Assembly (NCBI RefSeq): GCF_006345805.1
Contig: NC_043002.1
Coordinates: forward strand, 94,364,001 to 94,428,000
Reading direction: 5' to 3'
DNA: 64,000 bases
From: Octopus sinensis
Lineage: Eukaryota
This document shows, one piece after another, positions 41,882 to 56,266 of the stretch. Made by a program: the position numbers and the translations under genes. A model generated the notes under the pieces. The model searched no databases and had not been told where the DNA came from. It saw only the letters and a list, made by a program, of their open reading frames with translations. How positions within the stretch are numbered: the stretch's first letter is position 1; the number at the start of each line of letters is the position of its first letter.

Positions 41882-41916
41882 TTGAGATTAATGTTTGTCT
41901 ACAATATTCTATTGTC
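41882..41916 (+). CDS. Candidate 35-nt exon (phase 1-0)
   Basis: TTTCTTGTCAG acceptor, GTGAGC donor, 96-nt intron from the previous exon; EINVCLQYSIV. Confidence 0.4.
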
Positions 41917-43607
41917 GTGAGCTTATAAAAAAATTGTGAACTTTCGAAAGAATCTTGTCTGTATATAACAAATTCCTGAAAATTAATTCTGTACAGAATT
42001 AATTTTTACTGCTAATAACGGTGAATTTAACGCTGGGATAGTTATAATTGAAGAAATTAGTGCAAATAAAACTTTTACAGATAATTTTCAATGTTTTTTA
42101 CTCCAACCACTCCCTCTCTTCTGCACTTACAGGGAAATTAATGGCCTACAGTTCTTAATTCTTTTTCCTGCTGCAAACTTCTCAAATTCTTCGCTTTATC
42201 AACATCGCCAAATTAAGTTCAGATTAACTGTTAGTTCCAAACAATGCATTTCAGAATTATTTACGAAGAATTCTATAGGCCAGCACTCAGAATTCTCATT
42301 AATTTTATGATTAATACCATCCTATTACCAATAATCTCCAATATTTAACAGTGGAAGAAACAATCATTTAATATCAGCTAGAGTATTTTATATCTTTATT
42401 TCTGGCCATATAGATTCTATAAGGTTAAATTTATTATTGATGTACTGTCCTTCGTGACATACGTAACATAACTAGCTTAGATAATAGTGTTGAAAAAATA
42501 AAGAAGGATGTTGCAGTAGATACAACTTTGCAGATTAACTTCATGGACAAATATCTTTCCTATGGATTACATCCATGACTAAGCAATTAGATCCAAAATT
42601 TCGTTACTATTGATATCATTTCAGCTTGCTTCAATATTCTTCTCGATTCTATTTCTTAACATTGACCTCTTTTAAGCACCTTTTATGCAGAAACTCCTCG
42701 CATTTAGATATCCTTAAATCTAAATATATTTACTATTAACAATTGCTGATACTGAGAAATTATTTTCTTTTGCTAAAACATCGACTTGTGTTAGTCGTTT
42801 TGGTTCTGTGCTTTGAAATGAAATCCCGCCGAGATCAATTCTGTCTTTCTTCATTTGGAGGTTGAATGAAGTACCGATACAAAGTAGTGGCCCCGGGGTC
42901 AAATCTTCTGTTTTGATCTCTATTGTTCCACGTGTATTAACTACACTGCCCAAATCCCCATCTAAAGGTGAGGCTTCATGTACAGGTGAAATACTCTATC
43001 AATCCGCTCGGTGATTTGCCCGGACCAATGTAACTCTTCTACGCCAGGCATCCCTAATCAAGCGACTATGCATACATATCTAGCCTGAGTTTTTGTCACA
43101 TTGGTCTTTCTCTAGTTGAAATATCTCATCTGCGTACGCCACGTTTACACCATGATGGTAGTAGTTCACCAACTGAACAGGTTGGTTCTGGCCATTGGCA
43201 GTTTTTTATCTGTTCATCTGCTCAGTACCTAGTGATATTCTCCTCTGACTCAACAGGTTCATCTGGCGCAATAGTTCACCTCCACTACGTTACATGATTT
43301 CAACGTACCATGGTGCGGATGTTTACATGCTATATAACCATAGCTGGGGTTCTGAGGGTTATTACTATTACTTAGAGTTAGAGAGGACCTGGAAACAATA
43401 GTGGCTAAAAGGTGGTTCCACACTTCCCAAAATCCTGGAACTCTCCACGGGTGAAGTGACTGTTTGCTTGGAATACATTGCAGTATTATCGATGAAACGA
43501 GTTGATAGTGCATTAAAGAAACATAGAAACTTAAAACGAAGTATGAAAACTCTATCATAGCACGATATAGCGGTATAGCTCAACAAATTTGCACTGTTTA
43601 ACCTCCA

Positions 43608-45152
43608 CAAGTCTTTATTTCATTCTTCGGCACACCAAATCAATTGAAGAACCTCTCCGCAGCCACTCAACATGTTAGAAACAGCAACTATATCTTCATC
43701 GAATCACAACCCATTGTTTTAAAAAGGACGTGCTGGATATGTAGTCAAGAGTACATTATATTTCAAAGAAAAGGAAACCCATTTAGTTATAGATACAACA
43801 CTTTCCGTTATAGGTCTACTTGATTAGGTGTTAAACAAAATTTATGTAATGAATAGGCCTTACCTCTGATTAATTCACAAATTAAGTAAAGGATTAACAT
43901 ATCTACACACACCAAGATACACCAATGCAATAACATTCATTAGTACCTTCTTAGTCTGAATATCATCCCCATACCACTAAATCGTATTTCTTTCTTCTTC
44001 GGTTTAAAGAGACCGTTCATTTCCTATCAGTTGATCACAGTCTACGGGAATTAACTATTCCCCCATTAAGGAATTCTTAATTATCTGGCATCTAAGAATC
44101 AAACTCTCCTCCATACACGTGCTCTATCGATTCTTAATTTAATTCTGATTATTTGTTTTGAACAGGAATTCATATTTCTTTCTACTACACATTTCTCTTC
44201 ATATTTAATTCTACTCACTTTTCATTCCATCTCACATAATTTTATTTACATATATTCCAGTAATATAATAATATACAATTCTTCAACTTCCATATTGATT
44301 ACAACACATTTTATTTCCGCCTCGCTCCATTTTAATCCAAGAAGATTCACATGATGCTCTAATGTAAATTTTCTTTAACGAACGACAATGGAAAGGAACA
44401 AAATTTATAACAAGCATTAAAGGTAAGTTAATAAGGTTTAAAACTTATAACAATTATGGTTTTGACTCCTATATATATTATATATCATATAACGCCACAG
44501 GTCAAGAATATATAGTATAAGAATTGCCAATTCCTGTTCTTACGATTTGTAAACTTGGAGTAAGATAACTGAGTCCATTAAATGTCGATATTTTAGATAT
44601 TTAGACCAGCGGCACAAACAAATAGTTCTTGTTTCACCGATTGGTGTTAAGGAAGGAAAGCAAAAGAAAAACGGAAATGAAGTAACGAAACGATGTTTTG
44701 ACAAGCGTACCTGATTTATTCATTATGCGCTAGATTCATTTACATTTTAACGGTAGATGTACCCCTAAATGTCGAGGGAATATTCTTCTGGAATAATTTC
44801 CACTTCGGTGAAAGGATATAAAGAGCTTTAGAAAACCCTATTACAACAGAACAAAAGTTAAACTTTGTTCATTATACAGATTCTATAACTCAAACCTCGT
44901 GAGACAAACATTTCGAAAAGCAAGTCTTTATTTCATTCTTCGGCACATCAAATCAATTGAAGAACCTCTCCGCAGCCACTCAACATGTTAGAAACAGCAA
45001 CTGTATATTCATCGAATCACAACCCATTGTTTTAAAAAGGACATGCTGGATATTTAGTCAAAAATACATTATATTTCAAAGAAAAGAAACCCATTTAGTT
45101 ATAGATACAACACTTTCCTTTATAGGTCTACTTGAGTAGGGGTTAAACAAAA
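43608..45152 (+). repeat. Dispersed direct duplication of ~232 bp (43608-43840 and 44921-45152)
   Basis: Near-identical copies 1313 bp apart. Confidence 0.9.
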
Positions 45153-45651
45153 GCAAAATTACCTCTGTTTTCATTATCTATTCAAAGCTCAGGGGACTTG
45201 ACTAGTGAAAGCCACTGCCTATTAGCTATACGACACCAGAAATACATCTAATACACATTAAATATATACAAATCATCGATACTATGAGAGCTGTGCAATA
45301 ATCTATCGATCCGATTTGATGGAATTGTTGGAAGATCTAGCAAGATGCCTTACTGTAGCTGTTCTGGTTCTTTACGTGTTGACTGCAAAGTTTGTAATGA
45401 CGTTGGTGTCCAACTGAAATGGTTCGAATCATTGGCCTTCTTTTGGATAAATACCCGTGGTAGAAATAGAGGAGACATGCATACATGAGCAACTACTAAT
45501 CTTTTTTAAAGTTGTTACGCAGGCTGAGAATATCTTTTATCTTTTATTTGTTTTAGCTATTGAACTGAAACAAATCCAATGTAAAAGATAAAAGATAAAT
45601 AGATAAATAGATAGATAAATAGATGTATGTATATATGTATGTATATATGTA

Positions 45652-45951
45652 TGCGCAATGGCCCAGTGGTTAGGGCAGCGGACTCGCGGTCGTAGGATCG
45701 CGGCTTCGATTCCCAGACCGGGCGTTGTGAGTGTTTATTGAGCGAAAACACCTAGAAGCTCCACGACGCTCCGGCAGGGGGCGGTGATCCCTGCTGTACT
45801 CTTTCACCACTCTTTCTCCCACTCTTTCTTCTGTTGGCCTGCTCGCTTAGCCAGCGGGGTGGCGTCATTCGAAGGCTAAAACAATGCGAACGCATTGTGA
45901 CCAGCGATGTGTAACAACATCTGATGGTCTGGTCGGTCACGTGATCACGTG

Positions 45952-45953
<2 letters not shown>
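45652..45953 (+). mobile_element. SINE family B, first bases missing
   Basis: Colinear with the other copies. Confidence 0.9.
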
Positions 45954-45984
<31 letters not shown>

Positions 45985-46195
45985 TGTATGCATGTATGTA
46001 TGTATGTATGTACGCATGCATGCATGTGGCAACAAAGGGAAGAAAAAGTACTAAAGCTGGCGTAGGGAAACAATAAATGATTTAATTCGATTGTTGAAGG
46101 TAAATACAAGCTTCTACACACGGCCACCAGTCTTGTCAGTCAGATATTTTGACTGAAAAGAGAACATGCTGCAGCTTTTGTAAAAAAAACTTCTA

Positions 46196-46571
46196 GTGCA
46201 GGAGTGGCTGTGGTAAGTAGCTTGCTAACCAACCACATGGTTCCGGGTTCAGTCCCACTGCGTGGCACCTTGGGCAAGTGTCTTCTACTATAGCCCCGGG
46301 CCGACCAATGCCTTGTGAGTGGATTTGGTAGACGGAAACTGAAAGAAGCCCGTCGTATATATGTATATATATATATGTATGTGCGTGTGTGTTTGTGTGT
46401 CTGTGTTTGTCCCCCTTAGCGGTTCGGCAAAAGAGACCGATAGAATAAGTACTGGGCTTACAAAAGAATAAATCCCGGGGTCGAGTTGCTCGATTAAAGG
46501 CGGTGCTCCAGCATGGCCGCAGTCAAATGACTGAAACAAGTAAAAGAGTAAAAGAGTAAAGAGTAAAGAGT
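46196..46571 (+). mobile_element. SINE family A full-length
   Basis: tRNA-like head, CORE-like GCACCTTGGGCAAGTGTCTTCT, (GTAAAAGA)n tail. Confidence 0.92.
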
Positions 46572-46927
46572 GCCAGTCTGATGGTGGTAAATCTATGTCG
46601 TTCGGCGTTGAAGGTTTAACCGTTCAGAAAAAATGTATTACCTATTCCTGAAATAGGTGTCTGAGCGTGCCATGTATATCTGTGTTCTTAACGTAATTTA
46701 CAAGTACAATCAGTGTAATACAGTTGCTAAGTTGTGTCTTTAACTTACAAGCAAAATCCACGCGACAGGCTTTAGTATCCGTCTAGACAATTACTTTCGC
46801 AGAGTTATAGAAATGGAGATTTGGACGAGATTCCACGCTGTTGGATCGAACCCAAAACCATCTGGATGCGAAACAAACATTAGCACATGCTCCTTAAACA
46901 TTCGGCCATACTGTGCTTATAAGCACC

Positions 46928-46976
<49 letters not shown>

Positions 46977-47069
46977 TGCTTATAAGCACTGGGGTCGATG
47001 TAATCGACTTAATCGGTTTGTCTGTCCTTGTTTGTCCCCTCTGTGTTTAGCCCCTTGTGGGTAGTAAAG

Positions 47070-47111
<42 letters not shown>

Positions 47112-47887
47112 ATGTGTGTGTGTATGTGTGTGTGTACACAATATATATTTAATTGATATTGACTTCGATGTTTCTCCACTTTGGTGGCTTATTCAAAATC
47201 TTAATTATATTCTAATCAGTACTGGAATCTATGAGACAGCAAGCTGGCAGGGTCGTTACCACGCCGAGCAAAATGCTTAGCGGCATTTTGTCTGTCTGCA
47301 CGTTCTTGGTTCAAATTCTACAGCATTACTTAGGTAACCAAGTTAGCAGTTGTGGAGGTCGTTCCAAAAGCATTGCCCCCAAGAATAAGAATTGGCTGGG
47401 AAAATTTCAGAGAGCTACTACCTCTGCAAGTAATGAAAGGCCTCTCCCCCAGCAAGGAAGGTAGATTGTATGATGCCTGCTATGTTACATGGCAGTGAAA
47501 CATGGGTTGTGACTGCTGAGGACATGTGAAAGCAAGCTTGAAAGAAATAAAACCAGCATGCTCCACAGAATAGGTAATGATCGAGTTTGTCTCTTATCCT
47601 TTCAAGGTGGATAAAATAAGTTCTAGTTGAACATTGGGGGTTAGAAATAATCGACTTACACCCTACCACGAGATTCCTGGTCCTGTGTAAAAAAATTGAA
47701 ATCACTAATTAGAAGCTATGAAGTTTTTACTCAATGTTCGTTATTTTTATCCACAAAAATATTTACACACACGTGTATATATGTAATTGTCCCCACTTTT
47801 CTCTGAAAATAAGCACCATACTCTTGGCCTTGAATGCTTTTCGATTATGATTTGTCATTTGTGTACTTATTCATAAAACACACATTG

Positions 47888-47932
<45 letters not shown>

Positions 47933-47938
<6 letters not shown>

Positions 47939-48954
47939 TTATTTTTATTGCTGAAATAGGCGAAACTGCAGTCTAAGAAGAACTAAGTTTGTAAAAGTTT
48001 TTAATTTTCATCTCATTAAATTTATCCAGCTTTTGTGTATCTAGTACACACTTCGCCTTTTAATGTACTTATATGAATAATATATGGCGTGTCCTAGAAC
48101 ACCGGTGATAATAATTAATTTTATTGTATCGCATTTGACTTTGTTTACGTATTTTCTCGATAAATTTTTAAGCGTTAGACGATATACCAGAAAACCCTAT
48201 TTTGTCGGGTACGTTCTGAGTCTGCGCAGTGATTTGAATAGTTTAGAAAGAGCAATTTAATAGACGCATGTGCCTCTGTTGATGTGCGCTTCCCATAATA
48301 ACAGGAATCTTACTGAAGAGCCTACCTGAGTAAATAAATATTATTTTTATTGCTGAAATAGGCGAAACTGCAGTCTAAGAAGAACTAAGTTTGTAAAAGT
48401 TTTTAATTTTCATCTCATTAAATTTATCCAGCTTTTGTGTATCTAGTACACACTTCGCCTTTTAATGTACTTATATATGAATAATATATGGCGTGTCCTA
48501 GAACACCGGTGATAATAATTAATTTTATTGTATCGCATTTGACTTTGTTTACGTATTTTCTCGATAAATTTTTAAGCGTTAGACGATATACCAGAAAACC
48601 CTATTTTGTCGGGTACGTTCTGAGTCTGCGCAGTGATTTGAATAGTTAAGAAAGAGCAATTTAATAGACGCATGTGCCTCTGTTGATGTGCGCTTCCCAT
48701 AATAACAGGAATCTTACTGAAGAGCCTACCTGAGTAAATAAATATTATTTTTATTGAAGAAATAGGCGAAACTGCAGTCTAAGAAGAACTAAGTTTGTAA
48801 AAGTTTTTAATTTTCATCTCATTAAATTTATCCAGCTTTTGTGTATCTAGTACACACTTCGCCTTTTAATGTACTTATATATGAATAATATATGGCGTGT
48901 CCTAGAACACCGGCGATAATAATTAATTTTATTGTATCGCATTTGACTTTGTTT

Positions 48955-48955
<1 letters not shown>
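47933..48955 (+). repeat. Tandem repeat, ~2.5 copies of a 402-404-bp unit
   Basis: Unit starts at 47933, 48335 and 48739; almost identical. Confidence 0.95.
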
Positions 48956-49006
<51 letters not shown>

Positions 49007-49145
49007 TTTGTTTAGATAACGTTAGGAGTATGAAAATAGAGCTCCTGTTTCATTATGTCAGCTTCTGTTTAATGATACAGACTAGTGAGTCAGATTTTCG
49101 GGGTTGTATAATGGTTATACCGATATAATATGGGATAAATATAAA

Positions 49146-50128
49146 AATAACAATATACCAGGTTAGAATTTATCAATATTTAATAGATCGCTACGTACGA
49201 TTCCACAGATCAAATGTCCGCGGGCATCATCATTGAGCCATTTCATCAGGCAATTCTGTATAATTGGATGAATCACAGAGGGATGTTTATTCCTTCTGGC
49301 CAGTATGAAGGCCAATCTAGCTATGTGAGTATTTCTGTATGTAATTGGTAGGGGGGAGGTAGGTAATGGTGGTAGAGGAAGGAATGGAAGTAGTATGGGG
49401 ACGGTGGTGTATGTGATGGTGTTGGATGTATTTGCTATTCATTCATTTGGTTTTTAGTATGGTCATTCATTCAGCAGATTTAAATATGTTTGTACATCTC
49501 TTTGTTCCTATTTCATTCAAGACCTGACTCTCCTCGAACCTATCAGGCGGTCAGCTGCTATATAGTAAGGTTTGTTGACTACATTGATTAATACCATCCC
49601 TTGATCTGTGGAAACAGTGAAAAAGTCATCGTAAGAGGGGTGGTATTAACCAATGTAGTCAACAAACCCTATTATATAGCAGCTGATCGCCTGTTAGGTT
49701 CAGAATTTATTGAATGAAACAGAACAAAGAGATATACTACCATCCTTAAATCTGCTGAATGAATTACCATCCTTAAAATCTTCAGAATGAATAGCAAATG
49801 AATCCAACACGACCACATACACCACCGACCCCATATTACTAGCATTCCTTCCGCTACCACCATCACCTACCTTCCCCCTACCAAGTACATAAAGAAATTC
49901 TCACATAGCTAGATTGGCCTTCATACAGTCAAGAAGAGATAAACATCCCTCCGTGATTCATCCAACTATATCGCCTGATAAAGTGGACCAATGGGGATGC
50001 CCACGGATAATACGGACAATAGAGTACTAACCACAAAGATACCAACTCTGATGTTAAAATCATCTAATTTTTGGAAACGTACGTAGCGATGTATTAAATA
50101 TAAATTCTAGCATGGTATTATTGTTATT
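49146..50128. repeat. ~980-bp imperfect palindrome (foldback-like)
   Basis: 49146-49602 pairs with 49633-50128 along its length; ~30-bp spacer. Confidence 0.9.
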
Positions 50129-50179
50129 ACATATACATACATATAAATACATACATACATACATACATACATACATACA

Positions 50180-50215
<36 letters not shown>

Positions 50216-50232
50216 TATATATTATATATATA

Positions 50233-50284
<52 letters not shown>

Positions 50285-50639
50285 TTATACATTAAATATG
50301 CTGCAGCAAATATTGTATGCAGTATTGGTTTCCAGTGAGTCTTAGCATGCTTTTGGCGGGAAGCTAAACCACAACTATGTATGCAATCGGTCAGGCCGCA
50401 TGGATATTTATCGCCCTTGAGGGTCTGATAAATTGTATCGAGGACAAATGCTGCCGATGACTTATAGACAAATATGTGAGTATAATTGCATATTATGTTG
50501 ATAAAGAAACAATTGTTCAGCATTAGATGATTTGGGGTGGAATTATGAAGTATAACAATCATTATTATGAATCATTACAGAAATTCAAAGTCATAACGGT
50601 ATCGTCAGAGCTGATCAGTGACTTTGAATGAACGCCAAT

Positions 50640-53455
50640 TTCCAAAAGGTGTTGGGTCTAATAGTACTTGAGTGAAAAAATTACATGCAAGTGAGGTAAG
50701 CAGTTCTGGAAGTGATGCAATTCAGGCAGATATAAATACTGGAATATGGATGGTGTATGGGGTACATGGAGATTAGTTGGATTATTGGTATGGTTAGTAA
50801 TGTCATGTATTAAATTGCGTGTTCATGTTGAATTGTGGATGATATTTATTAATGAAAGTTGCCTCTTTGTTTAATCTTTGCTGTATTGAGGTGCTCTGTG
50901 AACATTGATAAAAAGGGAAAATTAGGAAGTTCGGTTTAAGGTTCCTCGCACATCTTTCTATTTTTCCACTGACCTGTATCCGTATATATGGTGGTTAGCG
51001 GATTTGTTCTTTGTGAAGAGTTCTTCTACGTCGGAGTGACATTGCTGTTTGGCCTGTATAGTGCTTTCCGCACCCTAAGCAGGTAATAGCATGGATTAAA
51101 TTTTCAGAAGCACAGGTGAAATTTGATTTTATCTTAAATATTTCACCTTGAAATGAAAGTGAAACTGTATTCCTCTAATAGTTGGGACATGTGCCACAGT
51201 TAGGCCGCCCGTATGTTTTCACTTTTGGTTCCGTTGTTAATAGATATAGCCTTGCGCTGGTTAATATTATTTCTATGATTTCGGTTGCATTTTGCTCTTG
51301 ATAATTTTGTGCGAGCCTAAAATTTTGTTTATTGTTTTATCTCCAGTGAGATTAGGTAGATTTTGGATGATGATGTTGAAGCCCTCATTGTTTCTAGTGT
51401 TATGTGTGGGGATGTATGGGAGTATTTTAAAATCTGGTTTAGTATTTCGGTTAACTTCCATTAATGTTTGTATGTCTATTTCCTTTGGTCGTTTAATCCC
51501 ATCATTTATTAATGATGTTGGATAATGTCTCCTGATTAGCGTTGATTTAAGTTCAAGGAGTCTTCGTTCACAAGTATTGGTATCCGAAACTATGGTACAG
51601 ATTCTTATCACTAGATTATTAGGTATATTAATTTCTATGTGTATGGGGTGGCATGAGTTGAATAATAAGTATTCTTTTGAATCTGTGGGTTTATAGTTGT
51701 CCGTTTCGATGTGGTTATTGACTATTTTAATTAAGATGTCAAGAAAAGGAAGTTGTTTATTGCTGTGTTCCATAGCGAATTGTATGTTACTACTGATATT
51801 GATGGGTATTATTTAAAAATCGAGGAGTTTGTCCATGCTATCGTTCAAAATATAATGCAATCATCTTAGTACCTCTTTTAAATAGAATTGTGATGATTGG
51901 TATATTTTAAGTTCTAGATAACCCATTACAAGGTTCGCAATCACTGGTAAACTATATCGAACATGAAATAGTTGTTCTGTAGGATAAATTTCAGTGTTGC
52001 AATTACGAAGTTGTGGTTGATGCGTCCTGGGATCTCTTCTGGGTAGTGTTCCATCCAGAAGGTGATTGCTTCGATACCATAATCGTGTGGGATATTGGTG
52101 TACAAGTTCGAATGGTGCAAACAAGGTTTCTTCACTTATTGTTGTCGGGATGTGGTTAAGTATGTCTAAATCATTCCTGATGAAGCTTTTCACATATTTT
52201 TAAAATGCGTTGAGTAAGATGTCGAGGAAATTGCTCAAACGGTGGGTTTCACAAGCAGGACCAGCAATGATGGGTCTTAGTTTGAGGTCAGTAGGGGGAG
52301 AAATATTAATGCATTGGCTTGGAATTTTGTGTATTTTAGGTAATCTGCAGAATAGACTTGGTCTGGAAATAAAAATTGGATAAATAGTCAATTCCTTTTT
52401 TAGTGAGACCGTTTCCATGTATTTGTAGTAAGGAGGATAAGTTTTTAAGTGTCTTCTGTGGGATATAGTGCTCTGTCCTCTCAGTAAATATTATTTTCCA
52501 ACATGGAGAGTATTAAATTTTTGTAGTAGTCTGTGTCCATCACTACTACCGCACTTCCTTTATCGACTTCTTTAATGGTCAGTTTTATATCATTTTTTTT
52601 AACTCGATTGGGTTTTTCCATTCATTTGTGTTGAGGCTGGATTTAATTCGTTGCTTTTGTAGGGTATTAAATGGATAGTTAGTAATGTGTTCACAAAAGT
52701 CATCAAGTGCTTTATTTCCACCTTTTATAGGACACTATTCATTTTTGTTTTTACTATTGAGTCATCTTCGCTGGTGTAGTTGTGAAGCGCTTCTGTGAGG
52801 CGTAATTTTCGGCAAAAATCCATAGTGTTATCCTTGATTTCATTCGGGTTCGATCTGTGTGGGGTTGGTGTAAACTTCAAACCTCTTGCTATAATTTTAG
52901 TTTATGTAGTACGGAGCATTTCCTTTGATAAATGGATTATTTTCGGTTGTTCATATATATTTTGTTCCATTTCACATTTCTGTTTCCCTGATTAAGGTCT
53001 AAAAAATGGTTGTCGTAGGTGCCTCTGAAAACTTAATCCATGCTATTACCTGCTTAGGGTGCAGAAACCACTATACAGGCCAAACAAGAATGTCACTCCG
53101 ACGAAGAACAACTCTTCAAAAGGAGCAAACCCGCTACTCACAATATAGACAGACACAGGTCAGTGAATAGATAGAAAGATGTGCTAGGAACCTTAAACCG
53201 AACTTCCTAATTTTCCCTTTTTATCAATGTTCACAGAATACCTCAGTACAGTAAAGATTAAATAAAGAGGCAACTTTCATCAATAAATATCATCTATAGC
53301 TCAACATGAACACACAACTTAATACAGGACACAACTAACCTTACCAATAATCCCACTAATCTCAATACATCCCATACACCATTCATATTCCAGTATTCAT
53401 ATCTGCCTGAATTGCATCACTGCTTACCTCACTATCATATAATCTTTTTACTCAG
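50640..53455 (-). mobile_element. Penelope-like element with inverted 5' partial repeat
   Basis: Minus strand LPFLDILI..YKPTDSKEYLLFNSCHP (RT thumb) and LRPIIAGP. GIY-YIG region 50668-51115 reappears inverted at 53018-53455 (ENLIHAITCLGCRNHYTGQT). Confidence 0.9.
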
Positions 53456-53578
53456 GTACGATTAGACCAAACAGCGTTTGGAAATCGGTGTTCATTCAAA
53501 GTCACTGCTTTTCTTAAAAAAGCCTTTGTTTTTCTTATACCTAATGTGCATTTTCTTTGTGTTTTCTTTTTACTTTTC

Positions 53579-53652
<74 letters not shown>

Positions 53653-54945
53653 TCTCGCATGTTTGTGTGTTACATAGACACTCGTGCTAACACGCAATCC
53701 GTTGGCATATTTAATTCTCATCAGATGGTTGTATCATTAATCTATTTTCAAACCCATATCTAAAACCATTACAAATGCATCCAAGAAATCTAACATCACA
53801 GTAGGCCGCGAAATAAATATTCAGCTGTAACTCAGCTAAAGATATATGACCTTATGTAACGCCTCGTTCTTCAACCTCCCTATGTTACATTTAAATATCC
53901 CATATATGATATCCTTTCCAGTCATAATCGCTAGGATTTTAAAGTCATCGCAAGGTAAAGTATCAAAATAAATATCAAATAAATATCAAATAAATACATC
54001 CTCAATGCCGTCTATTTTGATACCGAAAGGGCTGCAGGAGTAGTCAAACAGAACTATAACACTGCCATTACCATAGAGACCAACAGTATCGAGAACAAAG
54101 CAGCCTGCAGATTTTCACGGATAATATCGTGAATTTCTATTCTTCCATATCGGAATTTTTTCCTCCTGAAAGCTCCGAGTTTCCTGAGAAATTTTACTAG
54201 AATTGGTTAACTCAATAGTGGAGTTCTCAGCATTTAAATTGCAAGTACTTCAATTGTACATCCTCCTGTGATGGTTCCTGAAATAGGTCATCAGCCACCT
54301 CATCCGTTGACAGAGAAATCCTCCAATCAGTAGACAAAGTCACACTGAAAGTTCATGTCAAACGAGGTGGTATTTACAATGGTAATTGTTTTCTCCTCTA
54401 CCTTGTTTTATTCTCTATTGCTCAAAAAAACAGTGTCAATTTAACATGAATATAAATTAAGAAAAATTTAGAGAATTATGTAGAAGAATAACGTAATTGA
54501 AATTTTGAATAAAATATTTGAAAAAGCTCTGATGTATTATGTTTAAATGGACAATCTATTAAACACTAATAATGCATCCATAAAATGATACGGCTTTCTA
54601 ATATTGTTATTCAAAATTTCTATTACTCGATAGTCTTCTATAATTCTCTAATATTCTAAAATTACTGCAAGATATTTTGTGTCGTCATTATCGTAATGAT
54701 ATAATTTCTAACATAAGAACAAGGTCAGAAATTTGTAGGCGGCAACAGTTGATTGTACCGATCTATATATTTGCCTATTATTCAATTTTATCGACTGCCG
54801 GAAGAATGAAAGACATTGTTTTATGTGGGGTTTGATTTTAGAACGTAAGTAGCCGGAACAAATACCCTGAGGCACTTTTCCTACACATTGTTACTGCGTC
54901 GTATCCTCAGTGAAAAATACTTAACCAAATGAGCGTAGCCGTAAG

Positions 54946-55600
54946 TAGGTATCATAGTATGGTATATTTTGCTGCTGCATGCAGCATTAGCATAGTGAAT
55001 TCGAGTCGGGATATATTGACATTTACCTGTAGTATTACAGTCGGTAAGGCGGCGAGCTGGCAGAAACGTAAACGCGCCGGGCGAAATGCGTAGCCGTATT
55101 TCGTCTGCCGTTAGGTTCTGAGTTCAAATTCCGCCAAGGCCGACTTGGCCTTTCATCCTTTCGGGGTCGATAAATTAAGTACCAGTTACGCAATGGGGCC
55201 GATGTAATCGACTTAAACCGTTTGTCCTTGTTTGTCCTCTCTGTGTTTAGCCCCTTGTGGATAGTAAAGAAATAGGTATCATAGTATGGTATAATTTACT
55301 GCTGCATGCAGCATTAGCATAGTGAAATCGAGTCGTGATATATTGACATTTACCTGTGGTATTACAGTCGGTAAGGCGGCGAGCTGGCAGAAACGTTAGC
55401 ACGCCGGGCGAAATGCGTAGCCGTATTTCGTCTGCCGTTAGGTTCTGAGTTCAAATTCCGCCAAGGCCGACTTGGCCTTTCATCCTTTCGGGGTCGATAA
55501 ATTAAGTACCAGTTACGCACTGGGGTCGATGTAATCGACTTAAACCGTTTGTCCTTGTTTTTCCTCTCTGTGTTTAGCCCCTTGTGGGTAGTAAAGAAAT
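54946..55600 (+). repeat. 327-bp tandem duplication containing SINE family D
   Basis: Units start at 54946 and 55273; SINE TSD GTATTACAGTC(G/A)GTAA. Confidence 0.93.
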
Positions 55601-56266
55601 AGGTATTACAGTCAGTAATCACCAGTTTTTTTTATGCTTAGCAGTACAGAAACCAGGTGATAAGCACCAGTTCATTGAACTTGGGAGCTACACGAAGGAA
55701 ATATGATTTAGTGATAATAGATAGAAAAACAAAGTATTGCGGAAGTAGTATCGACGTAATGATCGAACGAAAGAAACTGTCACAGTTTGTTTTTCATTTT
55801 CTTTCGTTTTATTATTTTCTGTCTTTTTTTCTGATCAGTAGGCCGCAATTCTCGACCCAAGAATATTAGAGATTAAAAAAAAAAAAAAAATTATTTTTTG
55901 CTTGGTGACTAGAAATGGATTGATTTGAACTGGAACAGATACTCCTCAACAAATCTTGATCGATGCTCTAGGAATCCTGCCGTCCACCACATTGCCCTTT
56001 CTCTTTATTTTATCGACCACGAAAGGATGAGAGACAAATTTGATTTCGAAAGAATTTGAACGTAGAATGCTGAGAGACGGAAGAAATACTCCAATGCATT
56101 CTATCGAACAATCTGAGGATTCTTCCATTTCGACGCCTTCCGAAGTAGATGAAGAAAACTTAGAGTTTTACTGAAGTTGATGTAGAAAACTTGAATTTAT
56201 CTGAATTAGAAATACAAAAGTAAAATACGTAGTAAATTTTCCTAAAAAGAGATAGATGTATATCTA

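Noticed and set aside
41990-42310. ~105-codon open frame as one exon
   Set aside because: Splice sites and phases could not be reconciled with neighbouring exons, and a few such frames are expected by chance in 64 kb.
47933-48955. CRISPR-like array
   Set aside because: Long identical units with no unique spacers, in a eukaryotic context.
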